Of a DNA stretch of 64,000 nucleotides, positions 1 to 8,418 are shown in pieces. The stretch comes from Thermodesulfobacteriota bacterium. Its GTDB lineage: Bacteria; Desulfobacterota; Desulfobulbia; Desulfobulbales; SURF-16. The translations under genes and the position numbers were made by a program. The notes under the pieces are model-generated. The model made no database searches, had not been told where the DNA came from, and saw only the letters and a program-made list of their open reading frames with translations. The stretch covers positions 1 through 64,000 of the forward strand of contig JBDLIE010000002.1 in the NCBI GenBank assembly GCA_039715015.1, written 5' to 3'. Every line of letters starts with the position of its first letter. Position 1 is the first letter of the stretch.

Positions 1-12
1 GAGAAATGCGGG

Positions 13-828
13 CTAGGCGTTCGGCAGTGGGCCAAATTTAAAATCAGTCAACAACCGTTCAAAACGGCCCATGGTTTTATCAAGATTGTTATAATGCCTG
101 AACTTCGATAAGAACCGGGCCTGGCTGAACCTGGGTTGTCCGTGGTCGATCTCCCACGGGTGGATATAAAAAACAAAGGACTGCTTTTCTTGCTCATTGA
201 TGCGCTTGAGAGCAAATTTGGTGAACCAGTAGGGGAAAAGTCGAAAATAGCCACCACCGGAAACCGGGATTTTTTTGCCGAAAAAAAGGGCCGTTGAGAT
301 GGGGAACTCCTCCAGGCCTTGTTCAGGATGGGTATAACGGAAACGGGGAGAGTCAGGAATACCGTACCTGTCATGCATTATTGGGAAAATACTCGAATCC
401 TGGGAAAATCCAGTCTCCTTAAGAATATCCAAGGCCCACAGTGAATCACTGGTAATCGAATAACTGGGAGCCCGGTAGGCCGTAATCTCCCTCCTGCAGA
501 TGCCTTCCAGAATATTTTTCGCCCTGAGAGTATCCTGCCGGAATTCTTCCGGGGTCAGGTCATAGATATTCCTGTGCCAGTAACTGTGGCAGCCAACATC
601 ATGCCCATGGGCAATTATTTCTCGAACAACTTCCGGATGCTTTTCTGCGATCCAGCCCACAACAAAAAAAGTAGCTCGCACCCCATATTTTTTCAGTAAA
701 CTGAGAATCCGAATAGTGTTGGGCTGAACCCGCTGATCCATTCCGTCCCAGTCCCGAGGAGAAACGATATCCTCAAAGGCTGCGACCTGGAAATAATCCT
801 CAACATCAATGGTCAAATAGTTTTGCAT
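13..828 (-). CDS. Polysaccharide deacetylase, PEP-CTERM/exosortase-locus subfamily (DUF3473)
   Basis: LTIDVEDYFQV, ATFFVVGW, H-S-Y-W-H metal motif, YRAPSYSI, GGGYFRLFPY, FYIHPWEID; directly downstream of exosortase. Confidence 0.9.
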   Translation of the reverse strand: MQNYLTIDVEDYFQVAAFEDIVSPRDWDGMDQRVQPNTIRILSLLKKYGVRATFFVVGWIAEKHPEVVREIIAHGHDVGCHSYWHRNIYDLTPEEFRQDTLRAKNILEGICRREITAYRAPSYSITSDSLWALDILKETGFSQDSSIFPIMHDRYGIPDSPRFRYTHPEQGLEEFPISTALFFGKKIPVSGGGYFRLFPYWFTKFALKRINEQEKQSFVFYIHPWEIDHGQPRFSQARFLSKFRHYNNLDKTMGRFERLLTDFKFGPLPNA

Positions 829-847
829 ATATCCGCCCGATAGTAAT

Positions 848-1729
848 TCACACCTTATTCCCAGACTCGACTCTTTCCGCCCCTTTGCTCATCAACATAT
901 TGATGGCCCATAAAAGAGCCAGGCCAAGAATAAAAACAAGCATTCCTGAAAAATCATGCAGAAAACCCTGGGCTACAGTTTCCCCATACCGGCTAGCGAG
1001 CAAGGCGGTTGCTGTCAGGCGAACCATGTTCACAAAGATTGCGATGGGAACAGCAGCAAGAAAGACCACCCATTTTCGCCAACTAGAGTAGTGAGCAAAC
1101 CAGGCAAGGAAGGCACTCAGGGCGAACATTGTGGTAAGAGAGCGAAGGCCGGAACAAGCATCTACCACTTCAAGGGTTGTTTCAACAAGATACAGAACAT
1201 TCCCTTCCCGATATATCGTCACCCCAAACATCCGGATAATCATCTCCGTCATGGCCGATGAATAAAGCTGCATGGGAAAGGCTATCTTGTTCCAAAGAAT
1301 GGCGGGGATGGGAATCATGAAAATAAGGTATGCGATGGGTACAAAGAGAAGGGCGCCCCACCTGCGCCCAAAAAAATAAAGCGCTATGCCCCAGAGAACA
1401 ATGAGCAAAGATGCCTGCTGCATGAAGTTTAACGACGCCACTGTTGCCAAAATCAACAAAGCAAGTCCACAGAGTAGAATCAACAGCCCCCAGTTGCTGG
1501 GCCGGATAGTTTCCTTTTGCAACTGTTCCCGCAGCGAAAAAATCATATAGATGCTGACCAGAGGGATAAAATAACCATGGGAAAAATTATCATTCACGGC
1601 CCAGGTCTCGGCGAGTTGCACCAAAACGGGATAATAAAGACCTCCCAGGGCAAGCAGCACAAGCGCTAGACGAACCAGCCCCTGATCGGTCAGGGTAGTT
1701 TTGTAATTGATCACGCTCATTTCCATCAT
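848..1729 (-). CDS. xrt: Exosortase (EpsH family transpeptidase)
   Basis: Multi-TM protein with SHGYFIP, catalytic VVDACSGLRSL (Cys), NMVR (Arg) and GFLHD (His). Confidence 0.92.
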   Translation of the reverse strand: MMEMSVINYKTTLTDQGLVRLALVLLALGGLYYPVLVQLAETWAVNDNFSHGYFIPLVSIYMIFSLREQLQKETIRPSNWGLLILLCGLALLILATVASLNFMQQASLLIVLWGIALYFFGRRWGALLFVPIAYLIFMIPIPAILWNKIAFPMQLYSSAMTEMIIRMFGVTIYREGNVLYLVETTLEVVDACSGLRSLTTMFALSAFLAWFAHYSSWRKWVVFLAAVPIAIFVNMVRLTATALLASRYGETVAQGFLHDFSGMLVFILGLALLWAINMLMSKGAERVESGNKV

Positions 1730-2442
1730 CTCCCAGGCAGAAAATCCTGAAGTTCGGTCAGGACGAGGCCAGAAAAATCCGCGGCCAAGCCCTCTGCCTC
1801 AGCCAGATTGGAACCCTCGGGGACATCGACAATAATACGGATAAATGAACCATCGCTGCGCCGCAGAAAAAGCGAATCAAGAACACGATATACCCGTTCC
1901 AGATATTCGGAGGCAATGATCCGCCCCCGGTTCTGATACCAGTAATAGACAACCTGGTAGTCGTTGCGGTTACGGATGACCATCTCGGTGATCACCTTAG
2001 GGTTGTCAGGCGCATGGGCAGGCCGAATTTCTCTCGGCTTTACCTCAGCAATCCCCCAACCGGAACCCGGGAGACAATTTTTTGGAGAATGATAGCCCTG
2101 CCTGTCGTTGACAGCGTCATAATATGCAGCATACAGACTCACCCGTTGAGCACCTTCTTTCTGGTAGCTGTAGCTGATATAATCAGTGACGCCGAGCATT
2201 TCGACCACGGCCGAAGAAGAGAACTGGGTCGCCTGCAGCTCATAGGGTCCGAGAGACTTAGGAAAACTACTTAAAGATTGCAAAATCGGGGTTGTTCGGG
2301 TGCCGCTTACCCCTTGGAGCAGCAGATATACTGCGGCAAAACAGACAAGAACCACCGTGACCCGGGGCAAAGAGACAAGAAAAATCCCAGGAGACTGTTT
2401 GTTAATTACCTCTTCCAAAAGATCACCTCTGTCTGGGGACAA
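1726..2442 (-). CDS. epsI: Exosortase-associated EpsI family protein
   Basis: HSPKNCLPGSGW, VYYWYQNRGR and RRSDGSFIRI motifs; N-terminal TM; 4-nt overlap with the exosortase start; exact start uncertain. Confidence 0.88.
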   Translation of the reverse strand: MSPDRGDLLEEVINKQSPGIFLVSLPRVTVVLVCFAAVYLLLQGVSGTRTTPILQSLSSFPKSLGPYELQATQFSSSAVVEMLGVTDYISYSYQKEGAQRVSLYAAYYDAVNDRQGYHSPKNCLPGSGWGIAEVKPREIRPAHAPDNPKVITEMVIRNRNDYQVVYYWYQNRGRIIASEYLERVYRVLDSLFLRRSDGSFIRIIVDVPEGSNLAEAEGLAADFSGLVLTELQDFLPGR

Positions 2443-2577
2443 AATGTATCTTTTACATCAGGGTAAGTTCAGAGTCGACATCTGGGCAACAACGAAAAGT
2501 ATATTTTGAGCCTTAAGGAGATAAGCCAAGAAACGCTGTATTTTTCCCTCTACCCTGATCCGCATTCGGGCTCTTGT

Positions 2578-3606
2578 TTAGCCCATATTTTCAACATACC
2601 ACTTAACGGTCATCTCCATTCCTTTTTTGACATCCACCTTGGGATCATAGCCCAGATATTTACGGGCCAAACCAATATCAGCCAGTGAATGACGTACATC
2701 CCCTGCCCTCTCTGCTCCGTATTGTGGCTCGATTGTTTGCACTTCAGGAACAAAGGCCGCCACTCCAGCCCGGATACTAACAAAAAGCTCATTTAAAGAG
2801 GTCCGCTCACCAAAGGCAACATTGTACACCCTATTCACCGCGCCACTCTCAGTGCTGAGGGCGCTTAAACAATTAGCCTGGATGACGTTGTCTATATAGC
2901 AGAAGTCCCGACTTGTTCCACCATCACCATTAACAACAGGGGCTTCTTGTCTGAGAAGCTGACCGATCCACTTTGGAATAACGGCAGCATAGGCTCCTTC
3001 CGGGTCTTGCCTCCTGCCAAACACATTGAAATAACGCAGACCAATGGTCTCCATGCCATAAGTGCGGCCAAAAACATTGGCGTAGAGTTCGTTCACATAT
3101 TTGGTTACGGCATAGGGAGAGAGGGGTCGGCCGATCTGGTCCTCCACCTTTGGAAGCCCTGGGTGATCGCCATAGGTGGAGGAGGATGCCGCATAAACAA
3201 ACCGCTTAACCTTGGCATCACGGGCAGCCACCAGCATATTAAGGAAACCGTCGATATTCGACTGGTTAGTCCCTATAGGGTCTTCAATGGAACGGGGCAC
3301 ACTGCCCAATGCTGCCTGATGCAGGACAAAATCAACCCCCTCACAGGAAGAGCGACAACCACCCAGGTCTCTGGTATCCATCTTATTGAACCGGAAACGG
3401 CTCCAGGCTTTGGGCCCCACAGAGCTTTGCACAGCTTCCAAATTTTCCTGTTTGCCGGTGGAAAAATTATCAAGACCCACCACCTTTTGACCAGACAGAA
3501 GAAGAGCCTCCAGAAGATTCGAACCAATAAAGCCTGCCACTCCGGTAATGAGCCAGGTTCTTTGTTGTTGCTTCAGGATATCTTCTAAAAATGTATTCCC
3601 TTCCAT
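2578..3606 (-). CDS. UDP-N-acetylglucosamine(uronate) 4-epimerase, WbpP/TviC-like SDR
   Basis: [11 protein letters not shown] site, [16 protein letters not shown] catalytic Yxxx[14 protein letters not shown]. Confidence 0.92.
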   Translation of the reverse strand: MEGNTFLEDILKQQQRTWLITGVAGFIGSNLLEALLLSGQKVVGLDNFSTGKQENLEAVQSSVGPKAWSRFRFNKMDTRDLGGCRSSCEGVDFVLHQAALGSVPRSIEDPIGTNQSNIDGFLNMLVAARDAKVKRFVYAASSSTYGDHPGLPKVEDQIGRPLSPYAVTKYVNELYANVFGRTYGMETIGLRYFNVFGRRQDPEGAYAAVIPKWIGQLLRQEAPVVNGDGGTSRDFCYIDNVIQANCLSALSTESGAVNRVYNVAFGERTSLNELFVSIRAGVAAFVPEVQTIEPQYGAERAGDVRHSLADIGLARKYLGYDPKVDVKKGMEMTVKWYVENMG

Positions 3607-3969
3607 TATGCCTCAATAATCACAAAGTGCGCCAAACAGGCCATTCAAGAAAAACCATTTCCCCACCATTACCCTCAATGCAGAGAGTAATCTATCTTAT
3701 TCATTACAAGATATCATGGGCGCAGTTTTATAGTCTAGCAAACAATCGCTACATTTATAGTAGAAGAGTAATTCCTCAGAGAATCGTAGGAATGAGAGAT
3801 TTATTTGAATTTGGAAAAAACAGAATGGGTGACGTAAAGCGATTTACAAAATCGAAATCAACTGAAGCTTTCATCTTTGATTGCGATGTATTTCTTAAAG
3901 TACCAGCGAGAACAAAAGTAGGACACCGCTCGGTAGACAACTTTTCAAACTTGCCAAATTATGATGATT

Positions 3970-4010
3970 AAAAAGAAACCGCCCTACATCTGTATGCAGG
4001 GCGGTTTCTT
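3970..4010 (-). terminator. Rho-independent terminator after the PEP-CTERM gene
   Basis: AAGAAACCGCCCT/AGGGCGGTTTCTT inverted repeat with a T-run on the minus strand, about 25 nt after the stop codon. Confidence 0.8.
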
Positions 4011-4034
4011 GAAAGAGCCTCAAGTTTTAACAAG

Positions 4035-4766
4035 TTACTTTCTGGATGCCCTTCTCCGGCGGCGAGCGGCGCCAGCAAGCCCGGCAAGGCCTGAGCCAAA
4101 CAGCAACATCGTAGCGGGCTCAGGAACTTCATTGTAGATTATATCATTAGCACAAAATTGCGTATAGGCAACAACGGAATTACCTGCGTCCCAAAGGATC
4201 TGGTATTGAGAGAAATCATAAAACAATGTCACCCCATCATAGGTCGGGGCAAAGTTAGCATCCCACATCCTCAAATCATCTCCTTCAATACCATTCACAT
4301 GGCCATTTCGCTGCACTATACCCCAGCTAACATCAGCGTATGTATATGCATAATTAGCCCCAACGCCATATAGCCCGGCAGGAATGGTGCTTTGGTTTGC
4401 ATATGTGTTCCCAAACAGGTTCGAATCACGAACCATATACTCCCAGCTATGGAAGTCCGCCCCCACAGAGGTATTGATCAACAGAGTATCATGCAAAAGC
4501 CTGTCAGTGACATCAATAGACACCGACATAAGGTTCATGGTGTTATCATCAACCTGAATGGTCATTGAAGAAACCTGCGGCATACCGCCGATTGCATCAA
4601 CAGTATAATCTCTATTTACCAATGCAGCAGTTGGGCTCGTGCTGACATAATCAGGAAAAAAGATTTTGTCATCCATCTGCGTAATGGTCAACGCTGAAGC
4701 GTTCCCAACCAGTAGCCCCCAGCCACCTACGGACAAAGCCGCGCTCAACAATAGTGTTTTTTTCAT
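4035..4766 (-). CDS. PEP-CTERM sorting domain-containing secreted protein
   Basis: Signal peptide MKKTLLLSAAL...NASA; C-terminal VPEPATMLLFGSGLAGLAGAARRRRR; start moved to ATG 4766, which follows a GGAGAG RBS. Confidence 0.93.
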   Translation of the reverse strand: MKKTLLLSAALSVGGWGLLVGNASALTITQMDDKIFFPDYVSTSPTAALVNRDYTVDAIGGMPQVSSMTIQVDDNTMNLMSVSIDVTDRLLHDTLLINTSVGADFHSWEYMVRDSNLFGNTYANQSTIPAGLYGVGANYAYTYADVSWGIVQRNGHVNGIEGDDLRMWDANFAPTYDGVTLFYDFSQYQILWDAGNSVVAYTQFCANDIIYNEVPEPATMLLFGSGLAGLAGAARRRRRASRK

Positions 4767-4873
4767 TTTCTCTCTCCAGTGGTTATAATTTTTGCCGCTA
4801 AAATGACCCATGTCGCCAACTGGACTTCAGTCACTGCTTCCCGCGCAGACCTTTTGCCCTTTAGTGAGAGATC

Positions 4874-4890
4874 AGCACAAGTTATGCCAA
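4874..4890 (-). promoter_or_regulatory. Sigma-54 (-24/-12) promoter of the PEP-CTERM gene
   Basis: Minus strand reads TTGGCATAACTTGTGCT, with GG-N10-GC spacing matching TGGCAC-N5-TTGC; about 110 nt upstream of the start. Confidence 0.7.
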
Positions 4891-5316
4891 CATGGACAAT
4901 ACTCCCGTACAAATATCCACAACCACCAAGACAAGACAAAAAACATCAGAATTAAAGATAGTTAGCCCACATTTTATCACAGAAATTATATAAGATAGCT
5001 ACCCAAGAAAAACTAACATTGTGAACAACCTCTTTTCTTCCAGTTATCCGAACGTTTCAGGACAAAGATACAACCATAAGCCTGAACAAACTTACGCAAC
5101 ATACTGTTCTCTAATGAAAAACAAGCAGAATTCCATCACAACGGATACAAAGACAACAGGAGTGCGCTCAGGAATATTTAGGAATTTTATGCTGTAAAAT
5201 TAAGGGATTTGGCTCTGATGAGGATTTAATCTACTACCACGGCCAACTGTTCGTTTTTTCGGAAAAACGGAAAATAGAACTAAGGAGAAAAATACAAAAA
5301 AAACGAGAATTGTTAA

Positions 5317-5850
5317 TCAGGAAGACATTTGCACAGCTATTACTGCTTTGACAAACTGGTCTTTGAAGGACAGACCTGCCTCCCAAAGGCCATCGTCTAA
5401 ACATGTTTTTTGCCAGCAAACCTCTGCGATGCCATGCAAAAAAGGGGCGATGAACCCTTCCCCAAAATTAAAAATCACCAACCCCTTTTGGGCCAGCTGT
5501 TTCGGTGCCTGCACCCTCATTCCTCCCTGGGCGAAATCAATTGTCTGAGCAAATGCGCTTGGGTCGGGCACAACGGCAGTTTTACCTCCCTTTCCATAGG
5601 AAGACAAAACTACAGAAAACTCCGCCTTATGACGCACAAAGACTCTTCTTTCCGCCTGCGAGAGAGTCGGCATTGGGTTAAAAGCTGAAACAGCTCCATT
5701 TGAGGCAGAGGCAGACTGAATAAAATGACTGCAATTGATGAAATTATCTGTAAGGCAAAATTGTTCAAAATGATCCTGAAGAGGAACAAAAACACCTCCT
5801 TTTTTCAGGCTACATTCAAAACTGCTTTTGCAAAGGTAGCAACAAGTCAT
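5317..5850 (-). CDS. PilZ domain protein with a Cys/His-rich N-terminal domain
   Basis: ERRVFVR (RxxxR) and DFAQGG (D-x-S/A-x-G-G) PilZ motifs; ATG 5850 follows GGAGG. Confidence 0.75.
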   Translation of the reverse strand: MTCCYLCKSSFECSLKKGGVFVPLQDHFEQFCLTDNFINCSHFIQSASASNGAVSAFNPMPTLSQAERRVFVRHKAEFSVVLSSYGKGGKTAVVPDPSAFAQTIDFAQGGMRVQAPKQLAQKGLVIFNFGEGFIAPFLHGIAEVCWQKTCLDDGLWEAGLSFKDQFVKAVIAVQMSS

Positions 5851-5984
5851 CTTGCCTCCCGGTATCATTAATGCCAATCAGCTCATGCCAATATTTTCAA
5901 TCATTCTAAGCAAAGAATAACGCAAATATCGCCCACTGTATCTTTAAGCATTAATGTGAAAGCAAAAAACGAACCAGAAAAACT

Positions 5985-7490
5985 TTACCTGTAAGTTTTA
6001 GGGTTAATCTGATACCTCTTATTTTTTTCATAGAGTGCTGTTTTGCCAAGTCCTAACATGTTTGCAACATCATGGGCCTTGCCCTTGCATTTCACAAATG
6101 CGGCGCCAATAACTTTTTTCTCAAATGCAGCGACACTCTCCTTCAGGGGTTGATCTAAAACCACATCATCCTCTACCTTTGTATCCTCAGCCTTTGGGTA
6201 CGTTTTGATACCGGTTATTCCAAAGTCAATATCAGCCGCTGTGATCATATTGCCTCGAGAATACAGCACAGCTCGCTGCATAACATTTTGAAGCTCCCTG
6301 ATATTGCCTGGCCAATCATATAGCAGGAGGGTGGAAATCACATTGTCGGGCAAAAAGTCTATTTTTTTCTTAAAAACATCTCTGTATTTTTTTAAGAAAT
6401 GGGTTGCAAGAGCAACAATATCCTCTTTACGTTCACGAAGTGGGGACTGATGCAAAGCGATGACATTGAGACGGTAATAGAGATCCTGGCGAAATTTCCC
6501 TTTATTAACCGCCTCAACGAGATCTACATTGGTTGCCGCAATGACACGAACATCGACCCTAACAGTGGAAGCCCCTCCAACCCTTACAATTTCGCCATTT
6601 TCAAGAACTCGAAGCAGGGCAGCCTGCATGTTTGGACTGATATCACCGACCTCATCAAGAAAAATGGTGCCGCCGTCCACTATCTCAAACTTACCCTTAC
6701 GGCATGATGTTGCCCCGGTGAATGCCCCCTTTTCATAACCAAAAAGGTCGCTTTCCAGTAATGACTCTGAAACAGCAGAGCAATTAAACTTGAGAAAGGG
6801 CTTCCCGACCCTGCTACTATTCTTATGGACCATATCAGCGACAAGCTCTTTACCGGTCCCGGACTCACCGGTTATGAGGATTGTCACATCAGAGTCTGCG
6901 ACCTGGTAGATCATTTCACGGAGATTACCCAGGGTCTTGCTTTCACCCACCATGATGTCAGGATTAGCAATCCTTTCAATCTCTTTTTTTAGGATGTTAA
7001 CCTCTTGGGTGAGTTGCTCACGAACTTTCATGCTCTCATTTAATACAGCAATCTTTTCCTGAAGAACTAACTCTATGTTATTTTGATATTTAGCGAGTTC
7101 CAGCTCATTCTGCTTTCTCTTGCTAATATCACGCATGACAAACAAAATAAGGTTATGACCATGATACCCTTCAAAAGGGACATAGGTATATTCGACATAC
7201 AGGTCATCATAAATTTGGAGTTCTGCTATTTCCCCAAATTTTCGTGAGTCTTCACAATGCTTGTGGGGGCATGCAAGGGCATCACAAAGACCAACCTTGC
7301 CGAAAATAATATCTGAACACTTCTCCTGGGTCAGATCACCAAACTTAGAAATGGCAGCGGCATTCATCCTTTCGATGGTACAATCATCTCTAAGGATAAT
7401 GAGAAAGTCGGGCAGGATATCAAACAAAGCCTTATTATTGCTGGCTAAACGACATACCTCCTGTTGTGCTTCTTTGAGTATTGATCCCAT
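5985..7490 (-). CDS. Sigma-54-dependent transcriptional activator (PAS-like domain, AAA+, Fis HTH)
   Basis: GESGTGKE Walker A, GAFTGA, FLDEVG, FRQDLYYRL, WPGNIREL, C-terminal HTH; no receiver domain. Confidence 0.93.
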   Translation of the reverse strand: MGSILKEAQQEVCRLASNNKALFDILPDFLIILRDDCTIERMNAAAISKFGDLTQEKCSDIIFGKVGLCDALACPHKHCEDSRKFGEIAELQIYDDLYVEYTYVPFEGYHGHNLILFVMRDISKRKQNELELAKYQNNIELVLQEKIAVLNESMKVREQLTQEVNILKKEIERIANPDIMVGESKTLGNLREMIYQVADSDVTILITGESGTGKELVADMVHKNSSRVGKPFLKFNCSAVSESLLESDLFGYEKGAFTGATSCRKGKFEIVDGGTIFLDEVGDISPNMQAALLRVLENGEIVRVGGASTVRVDVRVIAATNVDLVEAVNKGKFRQDLYYRLNVIALHQSPLRERKEDIVALATHFLKKYRDVFKKKIDFLPDNVISTLLLYDWPGNIRELQNVMQRAVLYSRGNMITAADIDFGITGIKTYPKAEDTKVEDDVVLDQPLKESVAAFEKKVIGAAFVKCKGKAHDVANMLGLGKTALYEKNKRYQINPKTYR

Positions 7491-7714
7491 AAAAACACAC
7501 TCCTTCCATTTATCCTTTTAGATTGAGATATGGCTTTATTCTAGGCCTATATCCAGCACAAGAAGTTCCTGACAAATGGCTCAACCTTAAATTTATCTAA
7601 AAAATCCGGAAAAATGAACTGTTTTTTAACTCCTCTAGTATAAAAAATATCCTCCACTCTTTATCTTCTATATCTTACCTGGAGACTAAGCTTTTTAACT
7701 CCAACATAACCCAC

Positions 7715-7978
7715 TGATCCTGTTACGAAAACCCGAGACCATTGGCTATGTTACTGCTCGAAATAATAACAGGAGGAAAAGATGATGGTTCAGCTACGCA
7801 GGAAATATAACCCAGATTTTATACGTTATGCAGTTCGGTTATCCGAAGAATCGGGCCGAATAATTGTTGAAATAGTCTCGCATCTCTGTGTTGCCAGAAA
7901 TATTCTTCGCAGTTGGAGAGACCAGCATCTAGCATAAGACGGTTTACCATTTCTGGAGATGGTCGCAAGGCCCTGAGC
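7715..7978 (+). mobile_element. Degenerate IS3-family insertion sequence remnant (left end plus orfA)
   Basis: IRL-like TGATCCTGTTACGAAAACCCGAGAC at 7715, AGGAGG RBS, orfA-like frame from 7782; no orfB or right IR visible. Confidence 0.65.
7782..7978 (+). pseudogene. IS3-family transposase OrfA (HTH_Tnp_1) pseudogene
   Basis: MMVQLRRKYNPDFIRYAVRLSEESGRIIVEIVSHLCVARNILRSWRDQHLA*, with premature TAA at 7935-7937, then frameshifted SGDGRKALS resembling the AFPGxG segment of OrfA. Confidence 0.7.
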
Positions 7979-8044
7979 TCTCACTCTCAGTATCGCCCGC
8001 CGTCTTTTCATGTGTCATCTAGAGTGCATATTTGAAAAAGGCAT

Positions 8045-8080
8045 AAAAAAAAGGGTCTAGAGGAATTCCTCTAGACCCTT
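8045..8080 (-). terminator. Terminator of the tRNA-Val/tRNA-Asp transcript
   Basis: Perfect hairpin AAGGGTCTAGAGG-AATT-CCTCTAGACCCTT followed by a T-run on the minus strand. Confidence 0.85.
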
Positions 8081-8088
8081 GGTACTGA

Positions 8089-8165
8089 TGGCGGGAGCGA
8101 CGAGACTCGAACTCGCGACCTCCTGCGTGACAGGCAGGCATTCTAACCAACTGAACTACGCCCCC
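8089..8165 (-). tRNA. tRNA-Asp(GTC)
   Basis: GGGGGCGTAGTTCAGTTGGTTAGAATGCCTGCCT-GTC-ACGCAGGAGGTCGCGAGTTCGAGTCTCGTCGCTCCCGCCA; cloverleaf with encoded CCA. Confidence 0.96.
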
Positions 8166-8236
8166 GCAAAGAGCGTTTACTATATAAAAAATTTGGCAGC
8201 GTTATATCTGCAAACTGCTGCAAAACTTACTAGCAC

Positions 8237-8312
8237 TGGTGGGCGGTACAGGGATCGAACCTGTGACCCTCGGCTTGTAAGGCCGATGCTCTCCCAGCTG
8301 AGCTAACCGCCC
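8237..8312 (-). tRNA. tRNA-Val(TAC)
   Basis: GGGCGGTTAGCTCAGCTGGGAGAGCATCGGCCT-TAC-AAGCCGAGGGTCACAGGTTCGATCCCTGTACCGCCCACCA. Confidence 0.96.
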
Positions 8313-8418
8313 CAGAGTGAGGGGATTATTTAACAAAGTAGCAGGACTACGTCAACGAAAAAAACCTACTCAAAAAATAAAAACCCTCTTAAAAAAAGAG
8401 CAGCTTACTGTCATTTTT

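Noticed and set aside
3591..3971. 126-aa plus-strand ORF
   Set aside because: AT-rich spacer antisense to the operon, overlapping the epimerase start; no RBS or recognisable motif
7826..8011. 61-aa minus-strand ORF
   Set aside because: Antisense shadow of the IS3 orfA remnant
8079..8306. 75-aa ORF (also the 14149-14367 ORF)
   Set aside because: These overlap tRNA genes and are translation artefacts
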